A stretch of DNA of 64,000 bases from Cyanophora paradoxa CCMP329. Its lineage: Eukaryota; Plantae; Glaucophyta. Location: positions 186,001-250,000 of the forward strand of contig QPMI01000411.1 in assembly GCA_004431415.1 (NCBI GenBank). Reading direction: 5' to 3'. Below the pieces are notes generated by a model that had not been told where the DNA came from, did not search any database, and saw only the letters and a program-made list of their open reading frames with translations. This document shows positions 26,401 to 38,145 of the stretch, piece by piece; the first letter of the stretch is position 1, and every line of letters begins with the position of its first letter. Position numbers and translations under genes: made by a program.

Positions 26401-29400
26401 CCCGTCCGCGAACTCGTTCCGGACCTGCCGCGCGCAATCGCGAGCTTCAGCGCAACTGTGTTAACCTGCTCTAAACTCGCTTTAAGGCGGGCGGAAGTAT
26501 AGCGCGGACCTCGAGCGTGATCCGGTCGAACGGTCCCCCCCATTCCTCATTCTTCTGTATGTGCTTGGAGAAGGGGATCTTCTCGTAGTAGCCGCGGAAG
26601 CTGCGGCAGCCGGCGAGCTCGATGCTGAAGCTGAAACCTGGCTGGTTGTACTGGAGCGACTTGATCCGGTCCAGCTCCGTCGACAGGACGCCTGCGCTCC
26701 GTTGCGCCGGCGTTCAATTCCACGCACCGCGAGATCGTAGCGGCACGGCTCGAAAACCAAAGCATGCGCACCCGGGGACTGCACGGCGAGGGCGTCGGTG
26801 AAGTTGGAGGAGAAGTACTCGCCGTCGTCGTCGGGCCCGACCAGCGTCTGCACCGAGAAGCTGCGCGCGCGCGTGTGCGAGTTCAATTGCGAGCGCGTGA
26901 GGCGGCCGCATGCATACGGTGCGAAGCGCGCCACTATGAGAGAGCAGATGGATTTCTAACTACAGCATTAATATTTACGTTCCGCGCACAAGTAAACGAT
27001 TCCAGGCTCGAGTCCGCGAATCGTCATCTGCCAGTACCGGAGATCGCCCGCTCCTTGCGTCGGAATGTAGTCGTACAAAGGCACGGGCTGCCCATGAACG
27101 CGAACGAACGAGTCAGGAGAATTTATGTACATCATTTCGGCTGTTGTAAGAGGGGGACTTGCCGGGGGCACGATGCCGCTGACGAGGGTCTTGCCGGCGC
27201 CCTCCGCGGAGGAGCGGAGCAGCGCGGCGGTGCGGTTCACGAGGTCGAACTTCTCCGCCGAGGCGAGCGTCCCCCCGAAGCTCTTGTACGAGCGCCCCTC
27301 CGGGTTCGCCCTGCAGGCCGCGCCGAACCAGCTCTTCGGGTCGCGGTACTCCACGTCGAGGCACGGCTGCGGCGGGCTCACTTGCCCGCGGCGCGGCGTC
27401 ACGAGGACCTGCGCGTCGCTCGCGATCGGATGCGAGGACAACAGGAATTAAAAATGCAAGCATGTTTACTTGGAAGAAAGCCGGAACGGGTGTCTGATCG
27501 GTGGGCGGATCCCACCGGATGTGAGCCTTGTACTTGCCATCAGTGTCAGACTGAGGGCATTCAAGCTCTCGTCAATGCCGGAATCGTCGTAAAGCAGTTC
27601 GGGACTTCAGAAAATTAAACACCTGCATATCCTGGAAGCGGAGTGATGTGGGGGACTTTGGCGGGACGCCTGCACGCCGGCGGAGTGAGACGGAATCTTC
27701 CGAGATGGACTAGAAACGCTTGGGGAATTCGCCTTTAGTCTTAAAGGTCCTTTTCCCGCTTGACACCGGAGAAGTCCCATCGACGCGGTGCGCCTGGACC
27801 TGCACCTCGTAACCTGCCAGATCAATTAAAATATACGCTGCGTGTCCGATATTGAAACAAAACACACGAGTCCAGGGCTTGAGATCTAGAAGAGAGGCCT
27901 CATAGTTCTGAAGTCCGTCGAACAGCAGATTTGGCAGACTGAGTGCGCAAAACAACAGTTTCGCCCAGGCTTATGTACAATTAGCAGATATATATAAACG
28001 AGCGCCCGCACTTGGGGACGACGGAGACGTGCGACACGGCGCCGCTCGTCGGCGTCTCGAGCTCGGCGCAGTATGCCGACTCAATGTATGGCAGCTGCTT
28101 GCCGGCCTGCAGTGGGCCCGTGGCGATCATAGCTGCGCGCTAAAGTAAGACGACGCTGCCGCCGGCGCGCCGTCGCGCGCGATATCGATGTAGCGCGCAG
28201 TGCGCACCGTGGTCGAGGGGGCACGCCGGCTTGACGTCCCAGTTCGCCTCGAGCAGCTCGTATCTGTACGGGAGCTCTGCGATGTTCGTCTGGAGCAGCG
28301 GTCTCCGGGTCGTGCCGGCGCTGTCAAAGACGACGGAGTTGGCGACCCTGGCCGGGCCAGCCGTCCTGCGCGAGCGCAAATTAAATATGGTGCGTGAGCG
28401 TGCATTCTTCTGTACATGTTGCAATCGTATGCAATATATTCTCGACCAGGGCAGACTCTAATTAAACGACCAAAGACGCACCGGCTGGCGACGGTCTTGT
28501 AGAAGCTGCGCTCGTTCAGAACGACGCCATTCGAGTCCAGCTCGCGGTAGAAGACCCTGAAAATGGCGACGCCGTCCTGAAATAACCACGCACGGGGCCG
28601 TCGGGCGACGCCGAATACGGTGCTTACGAAGAGAGCTCGAGAGAATTGCGGATGCGGACCTGCGTCATGAGGGCCCGGTCGTAGTCCCATCCGACGCGAG
28701 CGCGTTCATGCGTCCTGCCGCGAGCAATCAAAGCATGTCAAGGTCTTCATTGTGATTGCAAAGTCTAGATCTGTGCTCGGAAAGTGCAGTTAAACTCACC
28801 GTGCGAGGACCGTCAGATTCAGGTCGAAGGAGCGCCGCGCGGAATAAATGGTCGGCGCGCGCGTTGGCGTTGGCCTGCGCGTGCGGAAAGCGAAAGTGCG
28901 CATGTAAGTGATCATTATAAACCAGTACGCGTGGAGCTGAAGTGTGATACTGAATTGCGGGGCCGCGCACGAGGGGGTGGGCGTCGGCACGTAGGGCGAC
29001 GGGGTGGGAGGGGGCGTCGGAACCGGGGACGGGAGAGGCTGGAAGCCCTTTGGCAGCTCGTAGGATGTCCCTGGGGACCGCGAGTAGGTCCACTCGAACT
29101 TGCCCGGGGCCACCTGTTTCTCCACCTTGGTCCCCAGCCCGGCAATGACCTCCGCTGCGGGTCGCGGTCGTCGCGGTCATCCCGCAGATCTACAGAGAAC
29201 GAAGGCACAGCGAGGGCCCGAGCTCGAGCGCACTTTTCTCGCCGCACTTGAGGCGGTAAAGGACAATCTCGTCGAAAGGAGAGATCTTGAACTCCTTGTG
29301 CACGAGGTTGAAGAGCGCACTGCCAGTCTTGTCGAAGTCCTTGGGGAGCTCTTTCTTCCCCTTGGAGAGCTTGTTCATGACGACGTCGATCTCAATGTCG

Positions 29401-32400
29401 GCTGCGTAATTTCGATTATGCTAGACAGTTAGTATAAGAAGACCCAATCGAAAAGAGAAGGCGAAGCGTATCAAGTATTCAAACGTTCCGCGCACCGGAG
29501 AAATAGGGGATAATTCCGCCAGTAATCTCGAAAGACGACACCCCGCATCTCCCGCCCAAGGGCTGCACCCATGGCCAGCCCAAATGCCAGAGTCAATATC
29601 GATATCACCGTTGCAACTGTCCATCCATTTTCAGAATTAATAGGAGCAGACCGTCCATATAAAGCCGAGCCGTAGTTTCACGCCGCCCGTAATCTGGGGG
29701 TTGCAATCAAGCGTTAATTATATATAATTTAATCAACCGCATTTTCTTAACACTTTATCTTAGAGAAATGCATATGGGCTGCACGCACGAGGAAAAATTG
29801 GACGCCGTAGGCGCCGACGGAAATAGAGGCTTCTCCAGCGACCTGGAAGTAGATTGCGAGACCTGCTCATGATCATGATCAGCAGACCGCGATCAGGCCT
29901 CGACTTCGGATCCGGATCCCCATGGCGCCGGCCAGAGGCCCCCACGAAGATCGATCTCGACGCGATAAGGCAGACGTAGGGAGAGCCGGCAAGGGGCTGA
30001 ATGGCGGGGAAATTGAAATGAACGGACGCACTGAGACGGTCCGGAATTCCAGGAGCATCAGCCTGAATCGACAGACAAGGCTTTGGGATCAGCCTGGAGA
30101 CCGGCAGACAGGGACCATATAGAGTAGCATTGGGGAGACTACAGGCGCATACGCACTTGGAACACAGGGTCCTTATTGTTTCTCCTGCAAAGTCGAGCTC
30201 GAGCAGTCAAAATTGAATTTGAAACAAATATTAAGAATTGGAAAACATTGACAAGCGAACCACTGGACCTTCAGCTCCATGCCGTTCTTATACTCGGCAA
30301 TGGCCTCGATGCCTGATTTGTTTCGTTGGCGACTATATAGCTCATGATCAGATGCCATTGGGATGCTTACCGAGGTACATTTGAGTGCGAGCGTCAAACT
30401 GCGACCCAAACGCAGAAGTAAGCCTCTCACCGCCGGCTTTTAAACGCATGCGCGCAAAGGAAAATGTCTCTGCGGGCCTTGGTTTGAATGGTAAGCTCTC
30501 CACTCACGCCAGCCTTGACCTGGCCGGAAAGGGAACTCAGTGCGTATACGCGTAATCATAATATCGCAGATCGCACTTTCAGCTCCGGCACAAATGTCAA
30601 AACGACTGGTCCGAGCGTCACCGTCTTCGGGTTGAAGGCTTTTTCGTAGACAGCTAAAATGACACGAGTCAGATACGAGATTACATATGTTTTAGATTGC
30701 GAGCTCGAGCTCGCTTTTCATGACTTCGATTGCAACTTGTGCGTCAATGTCAATTGTGAGGTCAGTCTTCGTGCCGGTCTCAGCGAACGCTGGATAGAGG
30801 GTCAGAGCATGCATAAAATTATGAGACGTTCCAATGGCCAGTGTGACGAATCGCGATCGCGCATGCGCACCCGTGACCTTGAACGTCTGAACATTGTAAT
30901 TGCTGAGCTTGATTAAGACCTCCACACCCCTCTACGTGTACGTACACAAGCCGTCAAGGTGGCCATCGAAATTCGAAAATGCAGGCCTAGGTTGGGAATG
31001 TGAGGCTCACCTCCTCGTAAAAATATCTGCATAAACGAGCGCATGAGATTCATACTTTTGCGCTAGCTATAGGCATCCAATATACAACGGGCGATAGCGG
31101 ACATTTCTCTCGGATCAAGCTTGATGTTGATGGGTCCCACAAAGGTCGTGGAGCCTTTCCGTGTCCCCTCCTTCAAGAAATAAGCTGATCACACAGTGAC
31201 ATTAGCGAGTCATGGAGTGTACAGATAAGCTTGTGCTCGAAACAAGAGCTGATCATGACGCACGGATGCTGAGCGGCTCGATCTTCCGATTCGAACGAGC
31301 GAGTTGAAATCGAATCAGCGCGTCTGACGCTAATCAAGCGCCACGATGGTGCTTACCCTCGTGAGCTGTTGCTTCCTGCCGAAGTCCCAATTGAAGCCGC
31401 TGCGAGTCGACAGGATTACGTTAACATTCGATCGTCGCAAGTCCATGGCTACAGAAGACATTCAGCTTACTGAGCGCCTATCGTGAACTTGCCGCTTATC
31501 TGGACTCGAAGAGAAAAGGAGCATCATTATTGCATATTAATATTGCATTCAAATACGTGAATTAAATGTCAAGGCAACTGGGTCGCACGGTGCAGTCGCC
31601 GGTGATGCAGTCTAGAAGGTTTGCCACCAATTTAACGGTGTCTAGGAAGCTTTGCGCCTGCCTTTCGATCTGTCCGCTCGTTGTCAGTCATGATCACATA
31701 GTAAGCATCCATGGCCATATGTGATCATGAATATTTTAATACACGCGGATCGGACGTATACGTGGAGCCGATACTAGCTGCATGCAGTCAATGCAATTCG
31801 CTGTCGAATTCGAACCTCGGAAACTGCCGCGTTGGCGGCGCTTTGAGCGATCTCAAGGACGGCGTTGAGTGGCTCAACGATGAAGCTGAGAGATCCCCCT
31901 GCGCTCAAAAACGTGTATTTGCAAAGTCATGATCAGGCCGACGGCCGCTTTTGCCTCATTCAGCGTATACGTATTGAAATTGATCGCGCTCACCCGTAAG
32001 ATCATTGAGCTGCGTGCGTACGTGTAGGCGGCATGAGAGTGAGTGAATTTTCGAAGCTGGCAACACTAGAATTCATTCATCAATAAATTCTTAATGCACC
32101 GCCTTGAGACCGTCCTGTGCGCCAAGACGGTCAGTACGTACGTGAGTGTGTAAATAGATATATATGCGACCGCGCGCGATCCGCGGCCGGAGATCGCGGC
32201 CAGCGCATGCATGCGCACCTGCATCCCGTCGAAGGCGACGTTGATGCCGGTGAGGACCGTCTTGGCCGCCACGTGCACGACGTCCTTCGCCACGTCCGCC
32301 ACGGCGACCTGCGGCGGGGCGATCGGAAGACTTGGAGGTGCGGGCGGCCCGCCCAAGGCCCGGGTACGGTTGCGCACGACGGCGTCGGTCGTGGCGTCTA

Positions 32401-35400
32401 TCGCCGTGTCCACCGCCGATTTCACCGTTTCCGCCGCGCTCACAATCCCGTCGCCGACGTCCTGCCGCGCGCAAGGTCACACCCGGCTGCAGGCACTTCT
32501 TCGCTTTAAATTTCATATGTTCATGGGAGAAGAAATAGAACCTCGAAAAAATCCCCAACCTGCAGGAAATTAAAGCAGCGCGCGGCGTCAATTAATTATA
32601 AGATTGGGTGAAGAGTTTCTTTAATGAATCTTGAGGCGTACGTCGCTGAAAAAGTCGCCAACTGCACCGAAGAACAGGAGAGAACGGCCCAAAGCTGTCG
32701 AAGAATTGCGTTGAATGTCAGTCTTGCATAGCTAGCCGCAGAGCCGCACGCGAACCTTTCCTCGCTGGCGCCGGGTCCTTTGAGCTTGGGCGTTCAGCCA
32801 GCCGCGCTTTGATTGAGCCCGGTGCCTGCGAGGCCCACCCCACCTTCGGATGTCCGAGGCTGCTGGCGCGGACTGGCCCGGCCCGGGTTTTGTTTTCCGC
32901 GGCCTTGCTCGAACCCTCAGGATCCGGAGAGCGACGGAACGTACTGTGATCGAAATCGATAATGTTTAATTGAGTGGTCGCGCAAAAGAAATATACAGAG
33001 CAACACGTGCACACGTGTGGGGAATCGTCGTGTCTCTGAGGCGAGAAAAGTATGAGGCGTCTGATTGAAGTCCGAAAATTAAACAAATTGCAATTGGAGG
33101 CGCACATATCGTAGTAGTAGAGATCCAATTCACCTGCGAGACGCGGACTTAAGCACAGAGAGCACGGCAGTTCCGACAAACTACTATATATATGTGATAT
33201 GAAAGTAATTCGACGAACTGAACACGTCCTGCGCATGCGAAAATCAATCGCGCGAAACTCGCGACGAGAGATTGAAGCTGAATTTTATATATAATTATAT
33301 GATCATAAACGAAATAAAAAGAGGGCGCACCGCGAGGCTTGCCTGCTCCGTCTGCAGGTCCACGCAAGTCCCCAGCACTTCGCCACCGGAAGAGACGGAA
33401 ACCCGGCACGGGCGGCGCTCGGCGGACAGGACGCGCAGCATGAGGCCTCCAACCACGTGCCGTCCCGGGCTCCCTTCCCCGACGGGCCTTGGTGCGGAGC
33501 AGCCCCTGGCGCGATGATCGTGAATAAAACGCGAATAAAAATTGCAACAACACTCTTCGGTTTCATAACGAATTTTTCTGAATCTCAAGTGAATGCCTCG
33601 ATCAATTATGCCTATTAATTATGCCTCGATCAAGTACTAGTAAAAGAAAAGTGCTGGGGCCTCACCAGTGAGGCCCTCCGACGACGACGCTGAGAATAAC
33701 ATCAGGGCCTCGTCAAGTAATTTCTACAGAAAAGGAGCGCACTCTCCCGACTCGAACCGGACCTCCTTCTGGAGGAGGACGTCGCCGGAGAGGGCCACTG
33801 TGATCGAAGCGGGCGCCCGCTCGCAGTGCAGCGCCGCCACTTGCCCGAGCTCGTCGAGGTTGGTCACGTGCGCGTGCTGCACCGCCGAGTACCGAAGGTG
33901 GAGGCTGCGCTGCGAGTCCCAGGAGCCGAGCCTTACAGAGGCAGACTCCATGCATACCGCGTTGAGGGGGACCCCCGCTCTCACTTCCTAGCCGAAGCCT
34001 CCCTCTCCCAATACCTCGACTGGCGCCAGCTTCGCAACGCGGGGGCCGTCCTCAGCAATCCTCACGTTACCCTCGCCCCAGCCCTCTCCCTCGTGTCCGA
34101 CAAGCCACCGGACCGCCGTACCCCCACAGGCGATCACCTCCGCAAAGTCAGATTCCAGTGCATTCTTGGAGGCCTCCCCTCCCTCACCATCCGCCTCCTC
34201 CACGACCCCGACCTATACGGCCCTCTCTTTCCTGACGGTATCGCCCACTGCCCCTTCTGTCACCTCCCCCCACCCCTGCCCCAGTCCCCGAGGACCCTAC
34301 TTCCCCACCCCACCCTCCCCGCCCCTGCCACGTGCACCCCCCGGGCTCCCCCCGCCCTCTTCCCACCGAGGGCCGCAGACCCCAGACAGCCCGACCCTAC
34401 AACCCACCCCCCGAAGACTTCATTCACATATTTACGTGCCCGCCGCTCGCCTCCTCCTCCAAGCTTTCCAGGATGCACTCGTGACCTTCCTCCGCACCCG
34501 GGTTCTCCGCCACTCGCCCAAACCCTTAGGACACGACGACACTATTTTTCAACTCTTTCCTTCCTCCGCCTCGTCTCCCCTGACCCCGCCTCTCCCTCCA
34601 ATCCGCCCTCCTCTCCCCACCGAAAATCCGGCCCTTTTCCGCCCCCAGGTCTTACCGATACCCTATGGACAAAGCTTAGCCCGGCCTTGGCTGACATACT
34701 CCCCTTCCCCGCCCCTGCCCTCCTGCGCCTCGGTACCCCGGCAGGATTGCCCGCCCTCTGCGCAGCCCTGGGCATCAACAAGACCACCACAATGTCAATC
34801 CAAAAAGATTTAGCGCTACTCCTCGACCAACACCTCCGTGCGATCTGGAGGGACCGCTGCGCCCGCAACCACGCCTGGGAGCTCCGACAAGGCATCACTG
34901 ACAGAACCAAACGTCGATACCGCAAACATGCCGACACCAAACCCTCCCGCTCGCCGCTAGTACAGCCGCCTAGTCCCCCCCTCCCCCCCGCCCCCCCGCC
35001 CCCTCCCTCCATGATACCATCTCCATCACTGACTTCTGCTGCGAATTGGACTCGGAAGGCCAACCCTGGGTTCTCCTGGAAAATATCCGCCAAGCAATAG
35101 CACGACTCCCTGCCGCCCCTCACCCCAGGCCGCCCCTCCCCTCAGGCCCCTCCCTCCCCCCAACCGCCCGATGCAGGACCCACCGCCGGGACATCTGACT
35201 TCTCTTGCACCTGTGGCACCCAATTTGCCTCCGCAGCTGCCCTCCAGGCCCACTCCGACGCCAGACGGGGAAAGTGCCCCGCTCGCCCAGAGACCACCTC
35301 ATACTCTCGACCTGCCTCCCAACCTGCTGCACCCCAACGCAGCCTTCCACAAGAACCCCGACAATGGCACCCTGCCCGCTCTGCCCGCGGGCCCTACGTC

Positions 35401-37135
35401 CGCTACTCAACCTTCCAAGCGCCCCGCCCCAACGCTCCCCCTGGCCCTCCCTCGAAACGAACTCGCCCGTCGCCTGCCTCACGCAAACGGACAACCGCTA
35501 CTCCCCCGCCCCGGCACCCAAACGCCCGCGCCTCATGACCCCTCCCCTTCCCGCCTCTGCACCCGCCCACCCGTACCTACGGCAAAAAGAAAGGCAGCCG
35601 GTCGCAAGACCCCCAAGCGCGGGACCAAAAAAGCGCGAACGGTGTCGATACCTGCTGGACAACCCACAATCACGTCCCTCTTCGCACCTGGAGTGTACAA
35701 ACCACTAACGACGCTTCAAGTAGCCGACTCTCCCCCCCCCCCTCGCTTCAGCCGGCCCCCCGACCGGGACCCCGCACGGTGCCGCCCCGCTGCCCCTACG
35801 GTTCCTCCCCAGCCCCAACCGACTCACAAGTGCCGAACCCCTCGTTGACTCCGGCCACCCCTATGGCTTCGGCCCTCCCCTCGGCTTCGGCCCCCCCTCG
35901 GCTTCGGCCACCCCATCGGCTTCGGCCCCCCCCGGCTTCGGCCACCCCATCGGCCTCGGCCACCCCTCTGGCTTCGGCCACCCCCCTACTCAGACCGACC
36001 CTCCCGACCCCTCGCGACCCGCCTCGCCTCCGCACTCCCCGCTCTCTGCGCCGCCTGTCAGTGCCCACGCTCACTCCACTCTGCCGTCCCGGCACCGCTC
36101 CCTGCCCTGCCCCGCATCCGCTGCCCACCCCCTACCGCTGCCTCCGCCCACTCCCTCTCCTTCCTCATATCTTCCTCCTACCACCTTCTTCACCTCGACA
36201 GAACGGGACACCGATTAATCGGGGTCCTGGGGCGCAGGTGAGGAGGAGGGAGGAGGCAGAGTGAGGAGGAGGAGGGGTGGCGGAGCGGCGACAAGGGAGG
36301 GCGGCGGACTGCGAGACATTTCACTTCCAGGGCTCATGAGGGATGGAGGAGTTGATCAAGGGGTGGGCGCGCGGGTCTGGTTACGGCTATCACCGAAAAC
36401 CATGGCTCCCCCACTCAGGCGAACCTCCCATACTGAGCGACCCATGGCCGGCACCTCGCTAGCATCTTCGGCTAGATAGATGACCGGTCGGAAGGGCGCG
36501 TCACGTAGAACATTGATACATGTGCCGTGGTGTATCAATGCGACGTCCACTTTTGCAAAAAAAAAAGAGGCTGCGCTGCGAGTCAGACGAATTGCAATTG
36601 CAAGAGCTTCGATTTGTAACACCACACGCATGCCTAATGAATAAGATCGAAGCTCATATGGATCTAGATTTAGAGCGGAAGGCGCGCACCTTTTCTTCCC
36701 GTCGCGCTCGCGAATCTCTTCGTGCTTGAAGTTTACTCGCCCGTGCGCGTCCTTCCACCTGTGAGCGTCCCAGCCGGGCGCGTGCTCCCCTCTGCCGTAG
36801 CGATGCGCCGCGCTGGGTCGGCTTCTGAACTTGACCGCCTCTGCTCCAAAGGCGCCGGCTGCTGATGTCGCTCTGGAGCTCGAGCTGCCGGCGCTGCTGC
36901 CGGTCGCGGCGCCGGCCGCTGTCGCGGTCGCGGCTCCGGCTCCCCCGCGGCCGGGCCCGGCCGCGGCCGTGGTGGTGGCGCCAGCCAAGAGCACGCATGC
37001 GAATAGCGCGCACGAGGCGGCACACAGAGCGAACGTGTACGTGTACGTATACGTACACGATCGCGACTTGGTGCGGGTCTGCGTCCGAGGGCGCGCGCTC
37101 TCGCGCGCCGCCGCCCCTCCCCAATATCGATGCAT
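20454..37135 (-). CDS. Very large multi-exon single-pass surface protein: signal-like N-terminus, unknown beta-rich and Cys-rich domains, pectin-lyase-fold/PMP-like GGAI...FxxN repeats and C-terminal TM; interrupted by a LINE
   Basis: Continuous chain of short minus-strand exons from FALCAASCALFACVLLAG (~37000) through GGAVAIS...FEHCNFVGNRALVGGAV and NNAAKVTGGAIAV (21700-23600) to the TM IAAIAIGAAAGVAVLVAAFFVAWRR and TAG 20454-20456. That this is a single gene, and the exact start, are inferred. Confidence 0.65.
33901..33918 (+). repeat. Left target-site duplication of the LINE (18 bp)
   Basis: GAGGCTGCGCTGCGAGTC, identical to 36567-36584. Confidence 0.95.
35850..35987 (+). repeat. ~18-nt minisatellite inside the LINE
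   Basis: About 7-8 copies of GGCTTCGGCCACCCC(A/C)TC, translating as (ASATPS)n. Confidence 0.85.
36113..36313 (+). repeat. Long imperfect inverted repeat in the LINE 3' region
   Basis: ~100-nt arms centred on GGAC-A-CCGATTAATCGG-G-GTCC. The strand C/G skew flips exactly at 36216/36217. Confidence 0.8.
36511..36540 (+). other. Terminal stem-loop immediately before the LINE poly(A)
   Basis: CATTGATACA-N10-TGTATCAATG, a perfect 10-bp stem. Confidence 0.85.
36567..36584 (+). repeat. Right target-site duplication of the LINE (18 bp)
   Basis: Directly follows the poly(A); identical to 33901-33918. Confidence 0.95.
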
Positions 37136-38145
37136 ATGTACTAGTACGTGATATACTGCGCTTGTGCGCCGGCGCATGCGGCAGTTGCCTACGTATATAC
37201 AAACGACTCGGCGTCGACTCGGCGTCGACTCGGCGACCCTAGGCCTGCAGCTGCAGCGGCGACTTCGACTCAGCGGCGACGATATCAATCTGGTGCGCTT
37301 TGTGCTACTAGGCTAACTGCGGCAGTTGCTTACGTATACGTATACTAGGCAGTAGCAGCTGAGTAGCAGCTGATCATGAGCTGCTGCTGCGCAACTTTGG
37401 CAATGCGCAATGCGCATGCTCTTCGCCGCAGACTTCGAATTCGCGGCTTAAAGCTTCGCCGCGAGTCCGCGACAGGTATAACGCACGTACCGGGGGGTAT
37501 ACCCCCAATGATGGGCCCAATCGTTGAAATGAGCCCGGGCCGACGAGGCCGGCCGCCGGGCGGCGCCGGCCCCGCGCCGGGCCCGCGCGGCCGCCGCGCG
37601 GCCGCCGGGCGCGCGCGCGCCCCGGCGCCGGCGGCCCGACGTACGCGTACCGCCGGTTATGCGGCCGGTACCGGTAATCGTCGCCTTAGCCAGTAGAGGC
37701 TTAGACCGTCCGACGGTCGGACTCGCCTTAGAGTCGCCTATACTAGTACTGTAACGTACCGGTACCGTTGGTACGCTAAACTTGAAAGCTGGAGCCGCAC
37801 TATAGCTACTAGTAGCTCTGAATTCGAAATGTAAAAGTACTCGGATTCTTCCGAACCGTCAGCCGGCTCTTAAGAGGTGTAGTCGATATATCGATTACAA
37901 TGATTATACAATGATATACATGCATGCGATTGCAATTGCAATTTGCAAGCAAGAATTCGAATTTTTCATATTCTTCTGGAGCGGAATTCCCGGGAATCCG
38001 GAAAAGGCTGGGAAAGGGGTACAGCGCGACGGCGAAGCGAGCTGCCCAGCCAGGCGCCTGGGAATTTGAACAGCGCGCGCGAGCGCGGCCGCGTTCATTG
38101 ACAGAGAGTACGAGCGACACCCTGACGAGCTGGTGTTAGCGTGCG

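Larger units (their letters stand above)
33919..36566 (+). mobile_element. 5'-truncated non-LTR retrotransposon (L1-like), RT domain missing
   Basis: Flanked by an 18-bp TSD and ends in an A10 tail (36557-36566). Intronless and C-rich, unlike the host gene. Encodes CPFC...EDFIHIFTCP (zf-RVT-type CCHC knuckle, across a frameshift) and LRAIWRDRC, both typical of the C-terminus of LINE ORF2. Confidence 0.92.

Noticed and set aside
33733-33775. tRNA T-arm-like GGTTCGAGTC on the minus strand
   Set aside because: The stem is mismatched, there are no D or anticodon arms, and it lies in a coding exon (EVRFESG).
35850-35987. CRISPR-like array
   Set aside because: It is a head-to-tail minisatellite without unique spacers, there are no cas genes, and the context is eukaryotic.
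36390-36450. Hammerhead- or HDV-like ribozyme in the LINE tail (GAAA, CTGAGCGA)
   Set aside because: Core spacing is wrong and stem II cannot form; I could not build an HDV pseudoknot. Kept only as generic structure.
36356-37288. 310-aa minus-strand ORF taken as one protein
   Set aside because: It is a chance fusion of the host's first exon, an intron and the antisense LINE tail (the poly-T reads as FFF).
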